Of a stretch of 64,000 bases of DNA, positions 13,361 to 25,452 are shown piece by piece. Origin of the DNA: Zancudomyces culisetae HAW-14-8 (Eukaryota > Fungi > Kickxellomycota). The notes below the pieces were generated by a model. That model was given only the letters and a program-made list of their open reading frames with translations. It had not been told where the DNA came from and searched no databases. The stretch is taken from the NCBI GenBank assembly GCA_052426225.1, contig JBNJNM010000014.1, positions 434,001 to 498,000 on the forward strand, in the 5' to 3' direction. Position numbers and translations under genes: made by a program. Position 1 is the stretch's first letter. Every line of letters starts with the position of its first letter.

Positions 13361-14416
13361 TCAAGATTTATTGTGCTTTTTTTTGGTGCGTAAAGGAGTG
13401 GAAGGTTTTCCCTTATTGCCTAGAATCTTAAGTTTCTTTTCGGCAGGCTTCAAAATCTGGAACGAACACATCAGCGTCTCATCAACGCTCATCATAGCAC
13501 CGGCATTGTCAAACTCGCCGCAGTAGTTGGGGGCGCTAAACAGAGTCACAAGTTGGCGCTTGGCAAAGAATTCGTAGCCGTCTTCAACGACCTGGTGAGC
13601 TCTACAGATCAAATCCAAATCGTGCTTGAGCAAAAACTTATGAACAATGTCGGGGCCAAAGGTGAACGAAACGCCACGGTCGTTTTCGCCCCAACCAGTA
13701 ACGCTCTTTTCGGGGTCGGACCACAGCAGATCACACAGTAGCCCAGTGTCTGGCACATCAGTAGGCCGCATAATTCGCTTTATTTGATCCATACTCTGAA
13801 GATCTGGCGACAGACCACCATGCATGGTAAAGATTTTTTCGTCGATAATGGCGGCAATGGGTAGACAGTTGAAGCAGTCTGTAAAGGTCTTCCACAGCTT
13901 AATGTTGTACCGTCTCTTACACTCGTCGTAAAATCCATATATCCTATTAATACTGGCACACTCGTGGTTACCTCGCAATATAAAAAAGTTTTCAGGATAT
14001 TTGATTTTATACGCCAGCAACAAGCATATCGTCTCCAACGACTGTTTTCCTCTATCTACATAATCTCCCAAAAACAAGTAGTTGGCCTCTGGTGGAAACC
14101 CTCCATACTCAAACAGCCGGAGCAGGTCATAGTACTGCCCATGAATATCTCCACATATCTTTATAGGTGCCTCCAGCTCAAGTAAAATTGGTTGCCCAAT
14201 AAATATTTCCCTTGCTGTCACACATAGCCATCGTATTTCGTGTTCTTGTAGTTGTACGGACTTTCCCGGTCGTGAACCGCGAACTATTTTCCATATACAG
14301 TTTTTTATTATTTTTTGTTCAAATCTCTTTTTATCATCCCCGCATTTATTTTATTACTTACCCTCTAGCAATCTCTTTATTATTGAATTTACATCTGCTG
14401 GTGGTTGTTCAGCCAT
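13361..14416 (-). CDS. GLC7: Ser/Thr protein phosphatase PP1 catalytic subunit, 325 aa
   Basis: Exon 1 is 14416-14362 ([18 protein letters not shown]), then an intron, then exon 2 14283-13361 (VRGSRPGK..). Contains GDIHGQY, GDYVDRG, RGNHE and SAPNYCGEF. Confidence 0.97.
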
Positions 14417-17087
14417 CTTTAGTACTTTTTATTTGTATATATGTTTACGTTTATTTTTGCTATTATTTTTATCTTGAGTTTAGAAAACAAGATTCGTTGA
14501 TTTGGGATTATTCTCTAGAGCTGGTTCTCCTTTCCTGTCCGTTATTCTTATACAAAAGCCTATTATAATTATCACCAATTTTTTTTTTTTAGCAAAGGTA
14601 GAACTAGATTTGCAATCTGATTTAGATCTTGACTCAATGTTGTTTGCCGTCGTTTACAAGATCCTAAGATGAATTATTTCTTTTTCCCCCCAATTTCTCT
14701 TAATTTCTATGTTGGATTCTATCTTTCTGTTTAGTACCCTGATGAAGGTACCGAATCCTAGTCTATCCTATGTCTGAATGTGTAGAAAATTTGCTAAAAG
14801 ATTCTTGTATGCGAAGTCAAATTTCGTCCTTTTTTTCTTGCAAACTTTTTCTTCCTGATTATTTTACAAAGTACAATAATAACAAGAATATGTTTTTTTA
14901 CAAATTCAAATATCTCGAGATATAGGGATTAGAAAAGCTTCTTTTATTGTTGAGAAGGTATACAGATTTTAAATGTATTTTAGTACAAAAAAAAGAATAA
15001 GCCTCTAATAATTTTGTTTTATATTTAATTATGCCTGAACACTTGTTTATTTTTTCCTTGTTAATATTCTTTCCGTTTTAGAATTCTCTATTTTTTTGTC
15101 CATGTAAAAACGGAAAAAAAAAGTACCAAAAAAATTTTTTTTAATTCCTGTGTTTTTTTTAAAATTTCTATATTTCCCGACCATGTTTTAAATTAATATC
15201 TTACTTATTTCCCAGTCCTTACTTTTTCAGCATTGAATTGGCACAAAACTAAATATAAAATATATATATGGACATAAAAGCGCTTGTAAAGGATAAAAAT
15301 CCTTACCCAGTGAATGAGCACAAAAATGGATATGGTAAATAAAAAAATTGTATGGTTGATTGATTAATTTGAATCCTCTCTGCTTTTAGTCTAGTTTTTT
15401 TTTATAGTTTTTTTTTGTAATTTTGCTCATTATTTATGCCCATTACTTTTGCAAATCCAACCATCGCATTACAAAACTACAGTTTTGTAGAAATTTCCAG
15501 GTATTAACACATTTTGCTTTGTTCTTTGGATTGCCATTATTTTATTTTATACATTTTTGTGCAATGCGATGTTTTTTTATTATTAACAACGACAAATATA
15601 AAATTATATAAACTATAAAAACGCTGCATACATCATTTTTTTTTCTCCGGCCAACACACCAAGCTTTCTACCAGTCGCACCGCAATTTAGTCTATTTAAA
15701 GCATGTATTTTTATTCTGAACAGGAAAATACATATTTAGTTTATAGATTCCGTGGTGGTCGAACATGCAATAGTTTGAATAAGTTTATAGATCCAATAAT
15801 CCTCGAAAATAGTTATTTTTTATTAAAAAAAGCGCCCAGAAAATTCTTTTAACAGATGATGTATCCCATGACACTACAAAATACCAAAGAAAACATGGTG
15901 TACCAGAATAAATCATCAGGTTCTGGCTTTGCTCATTTACTTCTTAGATTATACTCTGAACATGTATAAGAAAATATTTGTATAGGTAGTAGAGGCTATG
16001 GTTTCGCAGTTATTCAATAACGCTAAACTGTACCATCTATTTATATTATATATTTTTGGTGTGTACGAACGTGTTTCGGTCCATATCCTTTTACTAAACA
16101 AACACATTATCGTCTCGTATTCTTGTTTTTTAAGGTATTCAGCAGCTTTATGGTCTTTTTAAGAAAAAAAAAGTAGATCCAGGATACTCTACTCGAAACA
16201 ATTTTCCTACTATAAAGTTGCACATTAATCTTTTTTGGACATAAAAGCTCAACTATTGCTGCAAAATAAAATCACACTATAATACAATATTTGATCGGTA
16301 TGTGTTTACTTGAATACAATCCGATGTTCCTGTTTTACGCTGATAGTATTATAATAGAAACGAAAAGCAAACTATCAAGCTCACAGCTGCTCAATTTCCT
16401 GAACCGTACCCTTGCAACAGGCAGAAGTAGGCAAGGTATTTTATGAAACGCCGTTCGACGTGTATTTATATATTTTATATTGAAAACACAACAATAAGAC
16501 CACCAGCAAAAAAAAACAGAAAGAGACATTAGGATTGACACATAAGTGATAATACCAAATATACTTGCTTTGGATGACCTGGAGGAGAGGGAGGAGAGGG
16601 AGGTGCTGATTTCAAATCTTGGATCAAATAGCTTTTAAAGCTTTTAAACCACAACTATTTACACCTCTTTTACCCTTTTTACCACTTTAATTTGTCTGCA
16701 ATACTACTTTCTCTACATTTTCGGAAATACTGACCCAGCTGCATTTAAATAACACTCTTTTAATCATAATCAAAACGATCTCTCCATGGATTCCCTGCTG
16801 AAAAGAAAAAAGCGCCAAAAAAATTTTTTTTACCACTACAACCCACCATAAAAACCATAGTGGAAAATCGGTTATCAATTTCTGTTGGCCTTTTCTATTG
16901 GTTTACAAGCAGCTACTAGCATAATTTCCTCTCATGTTTAGTATATGATAATTCAGCCAGAAAAAAAGACATATCTTGTACAAATAAAAACAACTCAATT
17001 TCGAGATCAATTTAAATTCAAATTTTGTTAACTGAACTTAGTGACCTAAAGAAAAAAACGACTAAGAGATAAGGTAGAGCGGTAATA

Positions 17088-17366
17088 ATGAGATTGACAA
17101 CGGCAATACTAGCAAGATCAGCATGGAAAGGCCCATTTTTTGTTCGATTTCCAGGGCTTGCCGAGAGTATTAAAACCGGCAAACTAATATTCACCAAAGA
17201 ACGGGCTTGTACAATTATGCCACATATGGTCGGGGCCAAATTTATGGTTCACAACGGAATGAAATACAACCAGGTTAACATTACAGAAGAGATGATTGGG
17301 AGGAAACTTGGCGAATTTTCTCACACTCGAAAGACGTTTACTTACCGATTGACAAAGAACAAATAA
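17088..17366 (+). CDS. RSM19: Mitochondrial ribosomal protein S19 (uS19m)
   Basis: RSAWKGPF, RACTIMP, FMVHNG, EEMIGRKLGEFSHTRK. Confidence 0.93.
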   Translation: MRLTTAILARSAWKGPFFVRFPGLAESIKTGKLIFTKERACTIMPHMVGAKFMVHNGMKYNQVNITEEMIGRKLGEFSHTRKTFTYRLTKNK

Positions 17367-17800
17367 TTTATACATTACCGCCGCACACTTTCTTTGTATA
17401 CACGCATGCACATACTTCTTATTAGGTTTACAACTAGTAGTATGGCTATTTAAAAATTTTCCTCTTACAAAAAGAAAATTAGAATTTAATAATGTACCCT
17501 AATTATCATTCTTGTTTATTAACTATTTGATCTTTGGAATACAAATGTGTATGAAAATGATAAAATAAAGCAAAAAATTCTAGAATAACAATACCATAAA
17601 TAAATGGGATTGTGTCATGAAGTGTATTTCCATGCGAACATCCCTATTGATAATCTAGATATAGAACATCCAAAGTGCTCAGATTGGGTGATAATTATTA
17701 AACCTAGCCAAATGAGTTTTAAAACGCATACTATACACAAAAAAAAAGGCTAAATTTCATTCTACCATCAAACGACATGCACATGAGATAATATTGACAT

Positions 17801-19440
17801 CTAACCGACGAACCCTATGTCGTACCGCGTGGCTTCAGCCCTACCACCACCAGATACAAACCCAGTTCCGTCTATTTTTAGCTTTATCGACTTTTCAATA
17901 TTCACTTTTGTATCACAAATGGTACATTTCTTATCCATTTCTATAAATTTAAAGGTGCAGTTCTCACAAAATGCATGACCACATTCAGACAAAACTATAA
18001 AAAGAGTAGGTGAGGAATGGAATGTTATATAAGATCAGTATGCTAGCGATTTAAAAAAAAATGCAGTTATTGCTATATTAATCATTAATAATAAAAAGCT
18101 GTCTTACTGCAAATTTTCGAGCTGTTTATATAATCTTTGGAACAAATACTACATATCTTCTCAGTATTATCTCCTGCAAGTGTAAACTTAACCGGAACCA
18201 ATTGCTTGAGCCTATGTTACAGGTGCTGAGTATAAATAATCGGAAAAAATACACACAGAGTTATCCTACAAACAGGTGAAGAATAGCGAGTACTTACTTG
18301 AGAGGATGTGGCACATCGGCTAAACATTCTACATTTACTTTTTTCGGTTTTTTTATCAGCTCTTCTGCTTCGCTCGTTAAGCTTGGCTAGTGATAGTTAA
18401 GTATGTTTTCTAGAACTATACTCGTATTATTGAACACTCTCTTATAGCTACAAGTAAAACGTAGGATAGCTACTTACAATCCAAAAACTCGCCAACTTTT
18501 TGTCATTTTTTGCTTTATCGTTAACCTTTGAAAAAGAATAAAAGCAACAGATTATTAGGATTAATAGTTACCAAAGCTCTCAATATCTAAAATTGTATTA
18601 TTAACATACTTACCACAACGGAGCCAGGTTTTTCTATTGTAGTAGTTACATGTGGTTAAAAGATTACTAACAATTGATGCTTACACGCTTTGATAATAAC
18701 AACTGAAATCACTTATTACCATAGGGTTTCCCCCGTTTGTCCCTTAGGATCTCGCTCGTATCCTTTCGCAGTACTACCGCCGTTTCCTTACTACTTGGCC
18801 CGGTTCCTTTCCGCTTCTTTATAAAAAGTTAAAGTATCAGCATAACTGCATATTTTTTATATCGAAACTAATCATTGAGCCTGTGGGCTCTTGATTCTAT
18901 TACAACAAAATTTAGAATGTAGTAGTTTAGAGAATGTACCGTTAATTGCTTTTCTTTTAAGTTATACTCTTTTAATTGCCTAGATATTTCTGCTTTCTGC
19001 TCCAAAATACTTTCATAAACACATTCTTTGCAACTCAAATGACCCTTTAAACTACAAGTTGGCACAAACTGTGTTATTAAATTGATAAATACGTTTTTAA
19101 AACAAAATGTAAGAGACGAGCGATTGTCAATAAAAAATATAATCTTACCAAATTAATGGATCTCGAGCTGTTTGCAGACATAGGTAGCAACTGTCAAAGC
19201 TTCTTTTCGAATCACTACCTAACCTTTGCTATAAATTTATTTTGGTATTTCTTGTGTTATTCTACTTTTCTTCCTCGTTTCACTAACGCAAAACATGGAA
19301 ATTTTAACCCATACCAATTAGAATATTGAAGTCAACATAATATGTCTAGCAAATACCTTTTTTGTACCATATTCAACCATCTGCTTTTCAGCATATGTGA
19401 AAAACGCCCTTGACGTATTGTTTTTCGAATGTCTTGACAT
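17801..19440 (-). CDS. NOSIP: NOSIP-like RING/U-box protein, 9 exons, about 275 aa
   Basis: Exons 19440-19357, 19228-19149, 19051-18940, 18816-18720, 18633-18614, 18525-18478, 18386-18298, 18211-18108 and 17994-17801 splice in frame. Motifs: MSRHSKNNT..FFTYAE..YGT, RLGSDS..FDSCYLCLQTARDPLIC..GHLSCKEC, SFWIPSLT, C-terminal RING, GTGFVSGG. Confidence 0.85.
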
Positions 19441-19929
19441 TTGATCCCTGTATTTGTATAATTCTACCTTTAAATTGGCTACCTAGTGATTATATATGTC
19501 TGTCGCACCTATACCTAGCTCTTGTCCTTTCTAATTTCAAGCTTTACGAATATTCAACCCTCAACTTTTTTTTTTTCAAGCGTTATTAGTTAATTTTATT
19601 AGATGCTTCTAAATTTTTTTGGGAAATTGGTGGGATTGCAAAATTCAAAAAGCACCTGTCAGGGTATATTTCTCATAGCAGATGTAGAAAAGTAGCGCTA
19701 AAGCCAGAATTATCACTCATTTTTTATAGTCATAACTACAGCATTACAGATGCTCAGGGCAAAATCTTGGACCCAGTTAGAGGCAAGCTATCAAATCATC
19801 TAAGCATATTGTATAGCCCCTCATTTTTTTTTACTTTCTATTCAATTTATTAATAAAACAAAAAAAGATACACGTTAAACTTTAAAAAATAAAATGTTGA
19901 AAACATATATTGCAACACTGATTTTAGTA

Positions 19930-20995
19930 TTACAGGTTTATTCCCATTGCTTCTAATTCAGGAAGATATTCAGTGTCAAATTTTAGACCATTGGTACAGG
20001 TTACACCCAAATCTTCAAGTTCACCGGTTTCGAGTCTATATATCCATCCGTGAACTGAAAGCATCTTTCCATCCTTCCATCGCTCTTTAACTATTGGTAG
20101 TTGCGACACGATTCTCACTAATCGCTTGATATTTAGTTCAACTAAAAATAGATCGCGTTCCGTCTCGTCTGGAATTGATTCTAGAAACTCCTTGTTGTTG
20201 GTATACAGTTCGTGAACTGGTGATAAAAATCTGCCTATTACACCACCAACGCTTTCATCAGACATACTTGCTTTCACACCACCGCATCTTGAATGACCGG
20301 TAATAAGAATATTGTTCACACCAAGATTATTTATCGCATATTCGAAAACGGCCATTGTATTGTCGTCATCAGCTCTTACTGAGTTTGCAATGTTTCGGTG
20401 TGTGAACACCTCGCCTATTTCTAAAATAAATTAAATATACGCAAACATTAAAATTGTTGGCTTTTACTAATAGTCTTTCAATTCGGGTTAATTAAAATGT
20501 GTGGTGAAAATAAAATTAACGTCAAAAACTAATCAGTAATAGAGAATTGGTTTATTGAATTACTTGAACCCAGCAACAAGTCAGAGGCCACTCGTGAGTC
20601 GGAGCATCCTATAAATAAGCATCGTTTACTGTTATTTTGGTTCTCGGCATGCGAGAGAGCTGAATTGAGCTAAAGTAAATAAAACACATGTAAATAAGCT
20701 ATATCGTTCTTGCCTATATAAAGAAGCTTCGGACTCTGGCCCTCTATATGACGCGAAAAATAATCTGGGTCAACCTCATGGGTGGTCATATGCGACCACT
20801 TGTGGTTATTGCGTAAAACCCTTTGAACGTAGGCAAGCTGGGTTGCTATCGGATGAATATAAAAGGTAAAAAGTCAGTTGGCAAATATTTGATAATGTTT
20901 ATATGATGCACCAAGGAGTATATTTTCGCACACCAAAGTATAGTATGTGAACGTGATAGTTTACCCTTTTTTTCTTCTGGAGTTTTGCCTAGCAT
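19930..20995 (-). CDS. Beta-class carbonic anhydrase, predicted cytosolic (Nce103/Can-like), 4 exons, 232 aa
   Basis: Exons 20995-20965, 20845-20714, 20608-20564 and 20420-19930. Contains GQSPKLLYIGCSDSRV (Cys zinc ligand, Asp-Arg dyad), GEVFTHRNIAN and GHSRCGG (His/Cys ligands). Intron 2 is GC-AG. Confidence 0.9.
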
Positions 20996-21698
20996 ACTGG
21001 TGTAACGGCTTTTTAGCTATTAAAAGTAGAGAATGTCTATTGCTAATTTTTCTTTGAAGGAAAATTGTAAAAAGCTATTGTTATATATTTTTCGGACTAC
21101 AAACATAATCTTGACGATTTACTATCTCTGAAAAAATATTCACTTGGCAGCACCATCATACATAAATAATGGTTGCGATAATCAACCACAATAGAGTCGA
21201 ACCACCATCACCCTGTATATCTATTTTCTATGTTCATCCAATTATCTAAAGAATGTTTTGATGCAATTTGCTAAAACACCACTAAAAACCAAAAAGAAAG
21301 CGGACAACTCATTTCATTCAAATCTTTTAATTTATATTTTGAAAGCCAATTTTAATGGTAAATACCCATTGGCCAGGCTATTGTACGAACTTGACAAACC
21401 CATGGTACATAATTAAAAGTATGTTTTATTGGATAGTAAAAAGGTTACACAAATCGCAGCCTACCATCCATTATTTTCACCAGAATTCATCATCATATTG
21501 CGAATTTCCAAATAAATTAATATTAAGTAATAGAAGCGAATCAGTGAAGGTTTTCTGCGTTTCACCCAATTATCCACGTTGTATAAAAAAAGTAAAATTT
21601 TTTTTAGCTTTATCAAGTAAAATATTTTTACCCGGGTGAACCAAATCGATTTGAATTGTTATATTGCTTTTATCAGATCGCTTACAAAAAAAGACAAG

Positions 21699-21744
21699 AA
21701 AACCAGCCAAAACCAGCCAAAACCAGCCAAAACCAGTCAAAACA
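21699..21744. repeat. 10-bp tandem repeat (AAAACCAGCC), about 4 copies, in the CA1/zinc-ribbon-1 intergenic region
   Basis: aaaaccagcc aaaaccagcc aaaaccagcc aaaaccagtc aaaac. Confidence 0.85.
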
Positions 21745-23642
21745 AAGAACTGAGTTAAAACAGAAACCAACTTACCCTTGAAAATTTTCTACTGTTTATT
21801 TGTATTGCTTGCTGTTTCACAATTCCAAGGTTAAATATTTGCTAGATGTATTTTAATCACAGAATTTAGACCACTATGAAGTTTTTTTGTTTTTGTTTTT
21901 TTTTGTTAAAGTGTGATATTTAAATTTCAAAGGTTCTGGTAGTATAGGTGAAATTTTGTTTATGGCAATAACTATGCACCATAATTACAATTTTCGTTTT
22001 TAGAAAATATACACGTGATATTCCCAAAGTTTTTAATAAAGAAAATTCGAAGAAAAAGGCTCATACATTACGACAAGTGTTAAAAACGCCAGCCATAGAT
22101 AGGATTTTCCGTTTTTCCAGACCTCTTGCCAACTTTGAAAATGCAGAAACTCTCCCTGTGCGTTTGGTTAGGCCTCACCGTACTCAGAACAGGTGCTTTC
22201 ACCAACTGAATTTAATTTAGCCAAATGTGTTTGTCTGTCCTCTGAGAATTCTTTGAAATGAAATAAAACAGCGTTTTCTCAAATAAACGACATTAAGAAA
22301 ATACAACCAAATATTTTAAAAACAAAAAAAAAGGAAGCAACCTTTTACTTTCTTTGAGGCTGCATCCAGATATTTATATTTACACAACGACGCATGTTTT
22401 CGGGTTTATGCTTTTACAAGTTCTGAATTAGATGCACCCTCCTCTCTTTTATCGATATTCGAAAATCTCAAGCCCGGATAACAATAAAAAAAAATTATTT
22501 TTAGTATATTGTCACAAAAAGCTAGCGAATATGGTGGCAAGACAATGTGCACATGCAAGCAGATAATTCGGGAAGAAATCAGGAATTTATTATGCTTCAT
22601 TACATTTTTTTTTATCAAAGCAAATCATTTGCTGAAGATCGGTGCCCATTTCTATTTGATGACGTATTAAAAGGTCAGGATTTGAAGGCATATTTTATAG
22701 GAAGGAGACTCTATGGCTTTCCGTTTATTGGGTATTTCTATGTATTGAAAATAAAACAATTAGGCTAAATTAAAGTCAAATTTGTTTTACTTTAATATGG
22801 TGGTTTAAATATATCATGATATTACAAACGCACTCTCTATCAATTCGACCATCTTTACCTACTTTATCAATATTGAATACATAATGACTGACTGATAGAA
22901 AATAAAAAATAAAAATTGTGTGAGAAAATGCGAGGGAAAGTGAAAACAAGAAAGTGAAGGAAAAAGAGAAAAGTGAGAATATTATGACATTGTGGCCTCG
23001 TGATGCACTTTTTGTCCTACAATAGTCTAGATCTTATGCACCCAATTCAAAGCACATTGAGCATCTTGGTATGATTGCACTGCGTTTACCAGCAAGGAAA
23101 AAAAACAACTTTTAGCAACAAAAACCCAGGCTGCTACCAACCTGAGCTAATATCACTGGGAAGATTAAAATAAAGTCAGGGCACTCGTTTTATTTGGTGG
23201 GTCGATTCCAGTGAATCATTTTTCCGATGAGTAAGAGCCAATTACAAAGAATATTGCAGTGTTCATGCATTTATACAAAAATAAAAGAATACTAAATAGC
23301 AGCTAATTTTTATCATTACCAATAAGAGAAGAGTATTGCTTGGCAAACAAAAATTAGAGGTCTGATTAGCAAGATAATGCTATCTGTGCCATATTGGCAT
23401 TTATGCGTCCAAATTTACTTAGTAAAGCTTAAATGCAATTAAAGAAAGCGAAAAAGAAGCAAAACGTGAGATGTATTGGGCTGAGTCCCAGAAGCATGTC
23501 TTTAAAGCTGTAAATAAATACGTTACTATAGCCCTTACTTTATTTCAAGGCTAAAGTGCTCTGTTTGTTTGAGAATATGTAAAATATAAATAGGAACCCC
23601 CATAAAAGCATGGTGGTGGAAAATTAGCACAATTGAACGAAT

Positions 23643-24146
23643 ATGTTTTTGCTAATAATATGTAAGTTGTATATTTACAATAATGTGGAGTTATGTGTAT
23701 TGTGTATATGAATTTACGACAAATATGGCGGATAAGCTAATGTACTATTACATATAATAGTTGGGATTAATGACTATATTTGCGACAAGCGTGGACAGGT
23801 TTACATGTGTCCTAGATGCCACAATCCGGCAGTTCAGCAATGCACGCACAAAAAAAAGTTTGCTTTGTTCTGGATACCTGTTATTCCATTGAAGAAGGAG
23901 AAGCTGTATCACTGTTCGATATGTGGTTGGAGAGGTCAAATATATTCTGTAAACGTTAACAGTAATGTCCCTGATGAAGTTAAAAAGGATGTAATTACGG
24001 GAAAGACCATATCTGCACCTAATAAGCCGAACGAACCACAATTAGTAGGTAATGAACCCCGAGCCGAGAGCTCGCTACCACCACCTTATTCTAAAGATGA
24101 TGGGCACCCATACCAATCAACCAACTTTGGGCTTGGTTCTTTTTAA
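23643..24146 (+). CDS. Zinc-ribbon protein 1 (zinc_ribbon_15-like), 134 aa
   Basis: Exon 1 is 23643-23661 (19 nt, MFLLII). Intron GTAAGT..TAG is 23662-23760. Exon 2 is 23761-24146 with CPRC, hydrophobic FALFWIPVIP, CSIC and C-terminal LPPPY. Confidence 0.8.
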
Positions 24147-24681
24147 GAGTTGACACGTTTCGCTTACAACTTAGCGCACCTGAATGTTTATTTTATTTTA
24201 TTTTATTTTATTGCCAACGAAAACACGAGCTGGCTCCATATACTCTAGTCTGTATTAATAATCCTATATATGTACATTTAACATCTTTTGATGAATAGAA
24301 AAAAATAATTTTACAAAGATATACGTATTCTGTTAACTTGGCGATAATCACAATATTTTTTTGCTTTAACTATTGTTCCATCAGGTATATCTACAATTTA
24401 AGCATCAAAGAGTTGTTTACACCACACTGAGAAATAAGAAAAGTTCCAGAATTAGTTAGAGTATCGGAGTTTATTTCAAGATTTCTCTTTTAAAAAAATG
24501 GGAGGAACGACCACCAATAATAAAAAATAAGACATTAATGGGGTCAAATCCAGAATATGAAAGTGGTGACTATAATAAATTACTTTTTAACTAACGAGAA
24601 TAAACAATCCAATTCAGATAGTCAGATCTATTAATGAAGGAGATAATAAAATGTGAAAGAATAATCAGCTATGGACATTGT

Positions 24682-25452
24682 TTAAGAGCATGCGCAGAAT
24701 TCCAAACCCTGAGCCTTGAGTGGAGGATAGTACAATTCGTCAAACTGACCCTTTGATGATACTGTTACGTTCAAATCGTGAAGTGTACCGTTCTCCATTC
24801 TGTATACCAAACCGTGGATCACAAGAGGAAGACCTTTCTCCCATCTCTCGGTCACAGTCTTCAAGTTTGATGCTAATCTGACAAGTCTCATGACGTTCAA
24901 TTGAACCAAAAACGATTGTCTTTCTGCGTCTGTAGGAAGAGCATCAATGTATGACTTGTTCTTCTGGTACAGTCTGGTTATTGGCTTGATAAAGGTTTTG
25001 ATTGATTTCTCCAACTCTTCAGGGTCCATGCTTGCTTTTACTCCTCCACATCCAGTGTGTCCAGTGATGGCAATTGTACTGACGTTAAGGTGAACCAATG
25101 CGTAATCTATAACTGACATTGTATTGGGGTCTCCCAAAACAATAGAATTTGCAATGTTTCTGTGGGTAAACACCTCACCTAGTGTTGCATTCATAAATAC
25201 GTCTGAAGGAACGCGTGAGTCAGAACATCCTATGTACAGCAGATCTGGGTTTTGTCCTGCCAAATGACTTGTGAAGAATTCTGGCCCGTAGTTGGCAATG
25301 TTCGCCTCGGCCCAGTGTTCGTCTTCTGAAATAATAGTATCAACGATATCGCGACGTACTAGACTGTCTTTTGCAAACAATCCTCGAGGAACTACAGTAG
25401 CAGATGCTACTACACTAAGCAAACCAGCACTAATAAATTTACTGTAAAGCAT
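24682..25452 (-). CDS. Beta-class carbonic anhydrase with predicted signal peptide (candidate secreted), intronless, 256 aa
   Basis: YIGCSDSRVP, GEVFTHRNIAN and GHTGCGG are intact. N-terminus is MLYSKFISAGLLSVVASA, followed by ..LVRR. There are five N-x-S/T sequons. Confidence 0.9.
   Translation of the reverse strand: MLYSKFISAGLLSVVASATVVPRGLFAKDSLVRRDIVDTIISEDEHWAEANIANYGPEFFTSHLAGQNPDLLYIGCSDSRVPSDVFMNATLGEVFTHRNIANSIVLGDPNTMSVIDYALVHLNVSTIAITGHTGCGGVKASMDPEELEKSIKTFIKPITRLYQKNKSYIDALPTDAERQSFLVQLNVMRLVRLASNLKTVTERWEKGLPLVIHGLVYRMENGTLHDLNVTVSSKGQFDELYYPPLKAQGLEFCACS

Noticed and set aside
15855-15968. 37-codon ORF / ATGATG..CTGA possible C/D snoRNA
   Set aside because: Imperfect C box, no recognisable guide, and within chance expectation.
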